From Callorhinchus milii (lineage: Eukaryota): a DNA stretch of 60,000 bases. The translations under genes were made by a program, and so were the position numbers. How positions within the stretch are numbered: the stretch's first letter is position 1; each line of letters starts with the position of its first letter. Under the pieces are notes generated by a model. It was not told the DNA's origin, ran no database searches, and was given only the letters and a program-made list of their open reading frames with translations. Shown piece by piece: positions 37,921-50,200 of this stretch. The DNA is taken from NCBI RefSeq assembly GCF_018977255.1, contig NW_024704742.1:1428001-1488000 (forward strand), read 5' to 3'.

Positions 37921-40299
37921 TTGAGGTTGATGTCATTCATCCCTTTCCCTGTACATCATATAATTAGTAAGCAATAAAGCTGAAATAGATTTATCCATGT
38001 GCACATAAAAATTGTTTTCTCATTTCAGAATGCAGCAAGTATTTTACTGCCTTTGCTTCAATAAACTGAAATTAACAAGCGTCAAGTATCGGAACTAAAA
38101 ATATGCAACCTACAGTTGAACCTTGCTGAGGTCACAGTGCCCATGGACATACATCAACTCTTCTCCAGAAATTTCCTAAGCCATGTATTGTGCTGTACAA
38201 TTGTGCGGCCTTTCATTCCGTACCAGACAGACCTATCTTGTTTTCTGTTTCTTCGCTTAATTGAAACAAGAACAGTGTTGTTTTCAATTATCAGCAGCCC
38301 TCAATAGCTGGGTCCTCGTATAGTCTGTTATGTTGCGTTCATCCTGTGAGTGGATGTCAGTTGCGAGTCTCTAACACTATCCATACTGCCTGAGTCCTCC
38401 TGTTTGGCTGTGGTCTGAGAATTTCTGATGGAGAATCGCATCCTATCAGTTGGATCTCAGGCAATGCGACTAACACCACTTCAGGAAGTATCCTCAGAAA
38501 TAGAATGGTTTACACAGAATACATGCAGTGGGTTCAAAGGCAGCCTGGCCTCACTCCTCTGAGGTCCAGTCAATGCTCCCAAGACCATCCTTGTTCAGTC
38601 TGAGATCTTTGGGAACATTACCGTGGAGAATATTTATCTGGATCTGGATTTACTTTTCAGCTTTTCAGAGCATCCAGAATTTGGCAAATTCTTAATCACA
38701 CTTCTTTATTTTTGAAACTGATTTTTCTGTAAGTTCCTTTCTCTGAAAACCAAGAAACCCCTTTTCCAAAATAAGACTGAATTCAACAATCAGCCACGTT
38801 CAGGATCCTGTGAAACGTTAGATAAATATAGTCAATGTAGACCCAGACACTATTTCCCCCCATAGAAAACATCAAAGTGCAGCTGTTGTAGAACCATCAT
38901 CAATGGCGAGACCTCATGAAATCTTGAGAAGCGGAGAGAAAGGTGAAGGTTGAGGTAGTTGCTACAGCAACTGGTCCATAGTTTGCAGCAGCAAAGGGAA
39001 ATCGATTGGTTTATGCCACTTAGCGTAACAAGCGTAATGGTACTGTGGTTCACTGCCACCTGCAGTGAAAGAGAAGGTTAAGGTCTTTTACTTTCGACAA
39101 ATCCAATACTTTTGGGTTATTATAGCTGCAACAGCATCACAGCCTATAAAGATAATCACAAAGTAATTAATCTGTCTCTTCTCTTACTCCCTCTAGAATA
39201 AGCCTCCATACCGACTGCACCTGGTAAAATAGATTACAAAATTTGCAGCTACCAACAACATCTCACAAAGAAAGCCTAACGGATTGCCAGGTGAGCTGTG
39301 AGATGCAAAGCCAAACTGGCTCTGATTTCCCAGCCATGTGTTAACTGGATCTGGTTTGTCACAACTCCTCAATTCCCAGCCTTCAGTAATTCTTGGATAT
39401 TCAGTGACGAAAGGAAGAAGGACACATTAGGTGTCACTCTGCAACACTCTGTCTACATCAGAAGGTTGGAGGTTCAAGCCCTAAGTCAGGACTTTGGATG
39501 AGGTATCCAAGAATATCTGTTCAGATGAATGATAAAGATCCCATGGCACTATTTGAATTATTGTTCATTGATTGCATAGAGCTTTACATAATAGCATTAC
39601 CTTTGTTCCTTTCTCAAAAAATATTGGTAAACATGTCAGGAAATAGACTTCATTTAGTCAGTTTTGTGACGGGTGATGTTGAAACACTACGTGTAGGCCA
39701 AAAAATAATCTTGAATCATGGATTCCATGAAATGAATTTGCAGGGGGATGGGGTCGGGGTGGGTGGGTTGGTATAGAATAAGAGGCTATATCAAATGGAA
39801 GTGTTTTCCTTTGTAAAGACTGTGCATATGTGGAGCGATTAAAGGCTCTTCCATGCATGTTCACGACCATTTTCACGAGAGAAAGGTAAGCATCCCAGCT
39901 CTTTGTAACACAATGCACGCAGGATCCCAATGAATTATCGGGGGTGTGAGGAGTGGGATAAATTGTAATCTACTATCAGTCAGTGTGGAATGTGTGAAAC
40001 TGTAGATGACAGTGGAGCCTCAACATCAACAACATCAATATTTCTCTCATAAAACACAGTCAGTCTACTTTACAGAATATCCTGTGAACCGTCTTGTCAA
40101 CATGATAAGGTACTACATCAAATGCAAGGATTATTTTATTTTTATTATCAGTGACAACTTTGCATTGATGTGGTGCTTTTCCCAGAGCGAGGATGTCTCG
40201 AAGAAGATAACTGAATTGGGACGTTTGTTGTAATACAGTGTTTGGGATCCATAAAATCTGCGTTCACTGAGTGATATGCCAGCTGGCCAGTTCATTCCA

Positions 40300-40596
40300 C
40301 ACCCGGGCAAGTTTCTACACTTAAAATGTCCGACTTCAAGCTCAGCAGGTTCCTACCGATCTTGCCGCATGTGTGCAAAACACAAACTGACATCAGCAGC
40401 GACCTGACAATCCCGAAATTGGCCGTCTCTTCAGCCTGGAAAGCTAGAATGGCTAATACTGACAAATAGAAAGGAAGTGAGCGGATTGGCGACACGACAT
40501 GCGTGTGGAGAGAATAGGATCCGCAATGTGACGACATTAGAGCCAAATTAGCGCCAAAAGAAAACACGCTATAGTGGGGCCACACTGAGTGTATGC
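40300..40596 (+). promoter_or_regulatory. CpG-rich promoter-like region
   Basis: Retained CpGs; ETS-like AGGAAGTG near 40472, inverted CCAAT near 40485, E2F-like GCGCCAAA at 40551. Confidence 0.45.
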
Positions 40597-40675
40597 ATTA
40601 TTTCGCAGCCTTTTGGCTAAGATCAAGTGTAGTATCTGTTCTTATCATTTACTCGTTGGGATACTTGCCTGCTAG
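40597..40675 (+). ncRNA. U2 snRNA-derived sequence (divergent variant or pseudogene)
   Basis: 40608-40647 (GCCTTTTGGCTAAGATCAAGTGTAGTATCTGTTCTTATCA) equals vertebrate U2 nt 12-51, with GTAGTA at 40629-40634; the flanks align weakly with U2 nt 1-11 and about 52-75. Confidence 0.9.
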
Positions 40676-41884
40676 AAAGATGTCCTGTTGAGATTCGCTA
40701 TTGTACAGCGTCACGACCAAATTTTCCCACAATCACGCGTTTCCCATGGTGATGCTCTCGGCAGGAGCTCTGCTTGCGGCCCGCTTTTGGCTGGGATCAG
40801 GAATGCAGTCGTTCCGACCTGAGAAGTTTGATCCGCCCTCACAGTGGAGGGAGGAAGCGGAGATACTGGAAGACGGGGCTTCACTTGAGAACTTGCTCGC
40901 TGCCAGGTTTACCCGGCAGGAGAGGCGATCAACTGACTTGCTTTGGTATTAGGTATCAGGTCCGCCTTGTCCTTTGACGATTTGGGGCCTAGGGGGTTTG
41001 GATGGGGTGGAGGGGATGCGTGTTGTCTCCAGGACAACCCTCGATCCCCTGGAAGAACGCTTTTCGGATTAAATGGGGTGAGTGGGGCCTAACTTCGCTA
41101 AATAGAAACAAATCTTTTCTGTGAATTGTGTTTGCCCAAAGCACGACTGAACACAGCAGTGTGTGGGGGAGGGGAGCGAGAAGAGATTCAAATGTTCCAA
41201 TTCGATTACCTTCAAGCCGAACAGCATGACATTCCCATTTCGTGAAATGATTACCATTCACAGTGAAAGTCAACGCTATCTTCCATTGTTTATCCCATCG
41301 GGAGTGGTGGAATGTGTCTCAGTAAATCAATGGAAATAAAATGATCTATGAGCACTGACTGCTTCTCAGATACTCATTTACAAGGGTTCATTCTGGTTCC
41401 TTCTGACAAGAAACAGTCTCAAACTCATCATTGCCTTTACCCAACTATACAGTCACTCTCAGAGGTGGGAGAATGCACGTAACAGCCCTCGAATCTCTCT
41501 TTGAATGGCTGTTAAGAATGCAGGAATTCTGAGTTGAGGTGGAAGTAGAAATTCCAATTGCTGGGTTGTCTCTCTCACCAAATTGCCAGTCGGCAACATT
41601 CAGCGATCAGGACCTGGAATGCTCAATGAAGATTTAGGTGGGATTTTATTTGCTCTGAATCATTAGGGGGGAAAAATAATTCACATTTTATGGCTGCTGC
41701 TTGCGGAGCACGTAGCACATGAGGAGCTTGTGCCAAAGGTTCCTCTGACCAACAGATAACTTTTCCTCCGAGCTGGAGAGAACGCGACCACTTTCCTGCC
41801 AATGTCCTCAGTTCCGACTTTGATCTTCTCAACCTCCCTGTCATCTGTCTTCAACTCAGCAAACTAGTGCACAATCTTGGCATT

Positions 41885-42210
41885 CGCCAGTTTAGCTTTC
41901 CCACTGCTTGTCGAGGGAGGACTATCCTATCCATTAGGGCTTTGGCTTTCAGGGTTAACAGGAACTGATTATTCCCTGCCCCCAGTGCCTGGTCTGCCTT
42001 TCCCAGTGCTGCTGATGTGCCAGGCTGGCTGTGTTGTCATCAACCATGCCCTGGAGTACTGCGGACCCGCCTGGCCCAGGAATCGGACTACCAAGACAGC
42101 CACAGAGGACTGGCTCGATTCTGACATCCTGTTACCAAATATGTCACCTTGAAGCCAGTTCAGCTCCAAGAAGACCCCACACCTCCCCCCCCAAGGAGGA
42201 TAGTCACTAG
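41885..42210 (+). repeat. Unclassified interspersed repeat, longest copy
   Basis: Same family as 10440-10645. Confidence 0.75.
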
Positions 42211-42821
42211 TAGGTCGTTCGACATACGAAAAGCCCGGGTTTGAACCCTCACTAGTATTTTTCTGGTCAGCCAGGTATCTGACACTTGCGGAAACCCATC
42301 CCCATGCTTAAGCATATCCAAAACAGCTATAAAACAGCAATGCTAAAAATAAAGTCTATTGTGCAGCTCCAATTCTTCCAGATTTGGGCGAGCTGCTGTA
42401 AATGCTAACCTATAACAGAACCGCAGTAGCTGGATTGGGAACGACTACTGCAGAACCCCTTCCAGAAGAGAAGCAGAAATATTTAAACAAATGTGCGACT
42501 TGTGAATTTTTTTTTAAAAAAGAGACGTTTTCCTCCGAATTGGAAGGAACGCAGTCCCTTTACCTTCTGCTCACTTGCAAGGTCACCTGCAAGACCAGGG
42601 GAACCGTAAGCCAACACGGGATCGTGCATATTTATTCGGTGAGTGGGAAATGACACTTTGTGTTGCAAAACAGCACGTACATTTCAGTGCGTTTGTGCTT
42701 GAAAGCACACAATGCACTGGTTGGTGTGAGAGCTGGGAAAAAAATACACTCGGAAAAAGCTGAGCAGCACACCACGCTGTGCCGAATGAGATTTCTCTTT
42801 GAAAAGGTTCATCCGAGCAAC

Positions 42822-42859
<38 letters not shown>

Positions 42860-42873
42860 CAAGCGAGAGAGAG
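42822..42873. repeat. (GA)n microsatellite
   Basis: Seen directly in the sequence. Confidence 0.9.
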
Positions 42874-42999
42874 TCAGGGAAAATAATTATTACGTGATTC
42901 CCCAACTATTTCTGTGAGAGCGAGTTGCTGTCAATTTTCTGAGACGAAATATTTATCCTATTGCAGAGTCACTTGTTTATTATTCTGCTCACCCCAGGG

Positions 43000-43139
43000 T
43001 GTTTTTTTTTCTTGAGGGATTATTATCAGTGAGGAAACGTGGAATGAGGAAACTTGCCCAAGGTTTCGCCCTGCCGGGAACCGAACCCAGGTCTCTCGCT
43101 TGCGAGGCGAGCGCTCTAACCACTGAGCTACAGGACTCC
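43000..43139 (-). mobile_element. SINE head fragment
   Basis: Ends in CTGAGCTACAGGACTCC. Confidence 0.9.
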
Positions 43140-43719
43140 GCAATGGCTCTTTCAGAGAGCCAACACAGGCACAAATGACCTGATGTATATTTCTGTGGTT
43201 TTATGGAGGAAAGGCGCCAGAGGCGATATATTCAACATGATCACTGTCGAATATGTTACTAAGCACCTTTTAAACACTAGAATGATGTTCACATTAGTCT
43301 TTTTTTAAAAAAAACAGATTGTTAAAGCTATCACCGTGGCTATTGGTGCTGTTCCCATGGTAGCATGTAAAAACGTTCAGCGATTATTTAAAAATGGGGA
43401 AATGAATGTATTTCCATAGGTTTCTAAGTGTCTAAGGTGATAATACTTCATCACTAAGACACTAATGTATGCAATGTTTAATGCTGCACTTTTCTTACAT
43501 CTTTGATTATTCCCATAAGTTGCTCACTGAATACCAGGAACCATCAAATGATTTGTGTTGAGGATATGATAGGAGTTTCATAATTTTAAATTAAACATCG
43601 TAAGGCTTGCTGGACAATATTTAATGACTTACTTAGGACTATTCGAAGCCTTGATCTATCAGTTTTGGAATATGACTTAACCTTTAGGACATAATTGCTG
43701 AAAGCCACCAAATTGTACT

Positions 43720-44600
43720 ACAACAACAAAATTAAATTTTATAGCTCCTTGCATGTCGGGAGGACGTCCCAACGCGCTGGACAGTCGGTGTTTCGGATGC
43801 GAGCTGGGGGGTGACGGGAACGGGGAGGGTGGAGGGCAGGGGGGGGAAGCAGGGTGATCGAAAGCACGGTCAAAGAGGAGCGTCTTCAGATGGATCTTGA
43901 ATGAGGCGAGGGAGAGGGCGAGGGTGAGGGACTGCGGGATGGAGTTTCAATGGCAGAGTGCCAATGGTGTGGCGGGTGAAGCAGGGGAAGTGAAGCAGGC
44001 TGGTGCCCGTTGAGTGGAGGGAGCAGGCAGGATGGTAGTGGGTTAGGAGGTTGCAGAGGTAGGGGGGAGCAAGACCGTGGAGGGCTTTGAAGGTGAGGAC
44101 CAGGATCTTGAATTGTATCCTCTGTGTGATGGGAAGCCGGTGGAGTCAGTCGAGGATGGGGGTGATGGGGTCACAGAGCCTGGTGTGGGAGAGGACACAG
44201 GCTACAGAGTTCTGGATGATATGCAACCTATGGAGGGAGGAGTTGGGGAGGCCGACAAGCAGGGAGTTTGCGTAATCAAGCCTGGGTGTTCTGAATGGGT
44301 GTATGAGGGTTTTGGCGGCCTGTGATGTAAGACATGGCGGAGCTGGGCGATGTTGTGGAGGTGGGGGAAGACAAAGAGGGTCATGGCACGGATGTGGGGT
44401 AGAAAGGAGAGTTGAGGGTCAAACAAGATGCCAAGGTTCTGGACTGGGTTAGTGAGGTGGAGTGTGGATCCTTTGATGGTGATGCTGTCAGTGCCTGAGG
44501 TGTGGAGGCGCTGACGGGTGCCAATCAGAAGGGTCTCGGTCTTGTTGACGTTCAACTGAAGAAAGTTAGCTCTCATCCAGGACTTGACGTCTGACAGACA
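43720..44600 (-). mobile_element. L2 LINE 3' kilobase
   Basis: [15 protein letters not shown]...VQNLGILFDPQLSF motifs, plus tail. Confidence 0.93.
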
Positions 44601-45804
44601 TACTGCTGTTAAAAGTAGCTCACGTCTAATCTTTTTAGACTATTGCTCTGCGCAATTTGGCTGCCGTGGTTGCCTACAAATTACACACAGTCACACCATT
44701 TTACAGTATATTCTGGGAAGCACTTTGAGATATTTCAAGTTTGCGATAAGGCGTAATACAATTCAAGGATTATTATATCTTGGCCTCACCTGAGGCCTGA
44801 AATTTGGACTAGTCTTAGCCATTTGTATTGAAATTTGCGGTTGGGCAGAATTGTAGAAAATTCATAAATTCAATCGGTTCTATTCAACACCTGCGGAAGT
44901 TCAACTTCCAATTGGAAACTAAATTGAGGAATTTTCCACAGTCCTTCTAGATCTCAAGTATAACGACTAAATGGCCTTATCGAGAATAGGTGTTCTGCCT
45001 AAGAATAATTGAAATTTTGGACCTTGGCATCGACAATAGGGAATTTTCACATGCACTTCCATTCACATTCAAAAATGATCCAAATGGGATTTTTTTTGTA
45101 AACCAGGCAACATCCATTTCCCTGACTAGCTGCTGCTTACGGAACAAAAACAAACTCAATGACTTACTGAGGATGCTCTGAAGGAACATTTGGTACAAGA
45201 ACAGAAACTTGTTGTGTACTTCATTTTGGTTCCGCACTTGATAACTTATTTTGCCTCCAACCAGCCAAGACTTAACAATAATCACACAATAGTTTTGGAA
45301 GGGCTCAAAATAAATTTGTTCAGAAAAGGTTGACAGCGGAACAAACCATGGTCATAACACAAACATTGCTTCACAGACTAAATAGGTGGGCACACCTAAA
45401 AGTAGAAAAGAGGAAATAGAAATTCAATAAGAGTTGGGAATTTATATCACTGATGTGCAATGACTTGGCCCTGGGAACCAAGTACAGACGCAGAGCTTCA
45501 CTGGGTTCCAGCCAAACTAAACTTTGTCTGACACTCCAGTTGAAGTGTGTTCCTTCCCTATCCCTCCTTTCCCAACCAGTCTGTTATCCCTTCTCCTCTC
45601 TGGCTCTGGTGCAGCCATCAGTACCATCCTCCCCCCTCTATGCTGTCTCCTCCAGCCCCACCCCCACTTTCCTCTCTGACATCTCCACCCTCCTGTCTTC
45701 CCTCTGCATCTATTTTGAATGCCTCATCATGTTGGGCAACTTTAATCTCCACTACTCCTTTTCTTGTTCCACATCTGCTGACTTCTCCTCCCTCCTCTCA
45801 AAAC

Positions 45805-46462
45805 CTATATTACATTGGATACACAAGTGGTTGACCGGAAGAACCCAGAGGGTGGTGGTACAGGGAATGTCATAAGACTGGGAAAATGTTACCAGCGGAG
45901 TTCCACAAGAGTCTGTTTTGGGACCTCTTTTGTTCAATATTTTTATAAATGATCTGGAACGAGGAGTCGCAAACTAAGTTAGCAGATGACGGCAAGCTAA
46001 TGAAGGTGGTAGATTGCAAAGCTGAACAAGATAGGTTACAGGAGGATTTGAATATACTTGGGACTTGGGCAGATCGGTGGCAGATGAAATTCAACGTGGA
46101 GAAATGTAAAGTACTTCACATGGGGACAAAAAATCCTGGAAGTGACTATAATTTGAATGGAAGAAAAATAATATGTATGGAAAATGAAAAGGACGTGGTG
46201 GGTCCTGACTGACAATAAATTGAAGCTCTCCCAACAATGCTTTAGGGCCTTGGGATGTCCTCCCGATGTGAAAGGCACTATACAAATGTAATTTTTTTTG
46301 TTATTGTATGTCAGTGAATAAAGCGAACCAGATGTTGGGATATATCAAACGATCAATAGCAAGCTGAAATAGTGGGGTAATCCTGTCACTGTACAGCTCA
46401 TTGGTGAGACCACACTTTGAGTACTGTGTACAGTTCTGGTTGTCGCGGTACAAAAAGGATAA
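45805..46462 (+). mobile_element. CR1 LINE RT fragment between L2 pieces
   Basis: [41 protein letters not shown] and [12 protein letters not shown] motifs. Confidence 0.93.
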
Positions 46463-46469
46463 GGGGTCA

Positions 46470-47225
46470 ACTTCCATGCGTGCAGATGACACCCAACTCT
46501 ATCTCGCCGCCTCCACCCTCGACTCCAGGACAATCGATGTCCTGGCTAATTGTTTGTCTGATATCAAGTTCTGGATGAGAGCCAACTTCCTCCAGCTCAA
46601 TGTTGGCAAGACAGAGGCCTTCCTGCTTGGCTCCCGGCAGCACCTCTTCACCTCAGTCACTGACACTATCGCCATTCAGGGCTGCATTGTTCACCTCTCT
46701 GAGCCAATCCAAAACCTCTGTGTCCTTTTCAACCCTCAGCTACCCTTCAAATCCCACGTTCGTGCCGTGACCCATTCAGCCTTTCCCCACTTCTGCAACA
46801 TTGCCTGCCTCTGCCTCTCATCTAGGCCACCGAAACCCTGATCCATGCTTTCATTACGTCTCGGCTTACGTCCTCTCCTGCACAAGCCTCCGGGAATCTA
46901 TCACGTTCATTCTTACTTCACTGGCTCCCCATTCCTCAGAGAATCGAGTACAAAACCCTCGTCCTTACCTTCAAGGCCCTCATTGGTTTGCTCCCCCCTA
47001 CCTCCCTGACCTCATAACCCCATATCAGCCTATCCACTCCATGGCCGCCTGCCTGCTTGAAGTCTCCCGCAATTCCCGTTCCACCATTCGCGGTCCGGTA
47101 TTCAGCATCGCTGCCCCCACCCCCCCCCCGGAACTCTGTCCTGCAATCCCTCCACTTCTCGCCCTCACTGGCGTCCTTCAAGTCCCGCCTGAAGACCTTC
47201 CTCTTCAACAGTGCCTTTGGCTATC
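46470..47225 (+). mobile_element. L2 LINE RT C-terminus and 3' region
   Basis: ADDTQLYL...[15 protein letters not shown] motifs. Confidence 0.92.
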
Positions 47226-50200
47226 CTGAAAGCGATCCACCAATCTGATTAACAACCGGATTCCTACGTAGTGCTCGGTAAACAAAGGCATATGGAGTCA
47301 ACAAACTTGCCTAAGGTTTCGCCCCGCCCGGGAATCAACTTGTTGTGTTATATTTTGTTTTATATTATAAATAAGTAATAAATAATCCGAGGAAAGAACA
47401 ATTACACGTTATAATTACATATCCTCTGCAAACCTCCAGATTTGGCCAGCCTAGTGGTGATGTATACATCTTTCTAACTGTCTCCTATTGTCTCGGACAT
47501 GTTTTCAACAGCTCCAAACGGTTACTAGGAAAGATGGTTACACCCAGCGTACTTTTGACTCATTTCAGAAAAAGCTCGATGAAAAAGATAGCTATCTTTA
47601 GATTTTAATACACATTAAACGTCAGGTGGACTTCGCAAAGCACTTCACGGATGTTTGCTACCTTCCTGTAGATTAGTACTAATTAGTACTGCTTGGAGGT
47701 TTAATGTAAGCACTTCATAAGTGAATAGAGCTAGGCTGACCTTTCTTTGTTTAATGAAATATGACATGTCAATTAGGCGACTGTGTGTGTGTGGTTAGGA
47801 GAGGGTGGAGGTGTGGAGAGGGTGAGTGATGGAGAGAAGAAGAAGGGGATGGGGATGGTGTTCTGAGTGGACAGTGAGATGCTAATGATTACTCAAAGGA
47901 TAAATGATAGCAGATGGCATTGACGTAAATACTTTGGCCCACTGACAGAGCTTGAGATTTATCTACAAATGCACCAGCACGCTCACCAATACTCCGGTCA
48001 TTTTGTTTTTTCCATCCCTTTCTTTACAGAGCGCTCTTTAAATAGGAGCGTTTCAGAAAGCGGGTTGTGAAGAAACCGAAGATTAATAATTTGGAGGGCA
48101 GGGTGAGGTAAATGCTTCCCGTTCGATATGGGTTCAACATTTCCTTTCCTCTTCCACCCTGCTTTTATATTACAAGTTTCTCCTGCTGCAACGATGAATA
48201 ATTTCTCGACCTCTCTCCAGTCAGTCACGTTCTGGCTGTCACTGTGACACTAAAAATATCATCACAGCAACAACACAACCTCTTCCCCACGGAGCTCTGG
48301 GGTATATTTCTGGGGAGCTGTCTTTGATTGATAATTTCCTCACAGATAACCTACTATATTAAAAAATGTCAAAGTACGGAGACCATCAGGATGGAAAAGA
48401 GCTCTTTAATCAACATTTCAATGAACCAAAATCCATTAAACACTAAATGAGCTGTATGCAACCTGCCCCTCATGATACTGCAAGCTCTCAAACATCCCCA
48501 ATTAATATAAACTGAACACACTGCTCTGCGGTAATGAACAGCAGATTGTTTCTTGATAAACCTGCTGCAAGGACGTCAGAATGACTTGCCTTCAAGTGTG
48601 CAACGTGGTCCTGGATCTTTGGACACAAGCCAATCAGGCGGTTACCGCTCCTGGTAACAGATGTAGCAGACACAAAACCAGAACACAAGGCAGCAAAGCT
48701 CTTTGCCACTCTATGCTTGTTCACCAATGTCAGCACAGGGGAAAAAAGGGTTAGGGTTAAGTGCAAAGTAAAGCACCCAAGTTCCAGAGGTGCAAGTATT
48801 GTGTTGCAGCTCTCACCATTGGTGACCAAATCTGTCATCGCAAAATAATTAGTACCAGCAATATCCATGCGTATAGGATACAGTAGAAGAAAATATTCTG
48901 AAAGAAGGAGGACTTGGGATCCTTTGTGCCAAGGGAACATACTAAATAGCTTGGCATGGCGCAAAATCTAGCCTGTTGCTCCTGAGAAGTTTGGGAGCTT
49001 CGGAGCATGATGCATGCGTAGATTTCTGACAATTGCTTTGCAATGCAACTCTCTTTCAGAAGAGAATCTGTACCCCACATTTCAATCAAACAGAAATACA
49101 TCAAGAAACTGTAGAATTCAATTATTCCTGTTTAACAATTCAACTCTAGGTTAAGGTTGTGATCCTTACTATCTGGCTAAGAATTATCAAGCATGTAGAC
49201 ATTAACCCTGGGTCCAGTCTACTTGTCCAGGTGGTCGTTAAAGATTCCGTGGACCTGCTTGAAAAGAAAAGAGAGTTTCTCCCAGTATCATGGCCAACAA
49301 TCCCCCAGATAAAATTGGTCATTCATTTTATAGCTGTTTATGGGACAGTGCTGTGTTTGCCTACAAAATAAACAGACACTGCACTTTACAGTAAATCCAG
49401 TGAAATGCTTTGAGGTGCCTGGACAATGTGATAAGGCGCTATATCAAATGCAAGAATTATTAATAATAAAATTGAGGAGAGTTTTTTTTTCTGGATAAAT
49501 CAATTGCCCGAGTGTGCCCGGGACATTCGATTTGCTAACGAGGGAGAAATCAGTGATTTATACTCTCATTGGTGACCTCTCCCTCCTGGTCCATTTGCTA
49601 TATGTAACGTGACTGATATGTAAGCCTTTGGAAGTCCATCCCATAACCTGTATACCTCGCCCCCTCCCTTGTGTCTTTCAAGGTTCATCTCAAGACCTTC
49701 CTCTTCGACCGTGCCTTCGGTCACCTTCCTACCATCACCGACTTGCCCTCCGACCCTCTTGACACTGCCTCGCAGCTCGGGTGCAAACCCTTGAGAATAA
49801 ATATTCACAAATGGAGGCAAACACTTTCATGGTTGAATTGATCAGGCGCTGTACCAAATGAAAGGACTATTATTTTTATTATTATTATTATTATTATTAT
49901 TGCAAAGCACAAAGACTCGCTAGGCCTCACTGGTGTGTTTTCACTGTGTGGCTGATACATTTATGTGCGCAACAGAAGAGAGATGAGCTGTGGATCATTA
50001 CTTATTGCAAGCTTTTAATAGGTTTCAATGAGAGACTCCAGAACACTGTCAGTGTGCTTTTTTAATTAAGACTATAAAGCCCAGAGTCTTTATATTCTTC
50101 ACTTTGTAGATCACAGATTCTCCAAACAAAGGTCACAACTAGCATTCTGGATTTGCACAGAGATGCCACTGTGAATTAGAGTCTTTCCATTGAAACCAAT

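Noticed and set aside
40701..40952. 83-aa ORF downstream of the U2 core
   Set aside because: TTG start, no recognisable domain, and expected by chance in GC-rich sequence.
48747..48760. GGGTTAGGGTTA telomere-like motif
   Set aside because: Only two units, compatible with chance.
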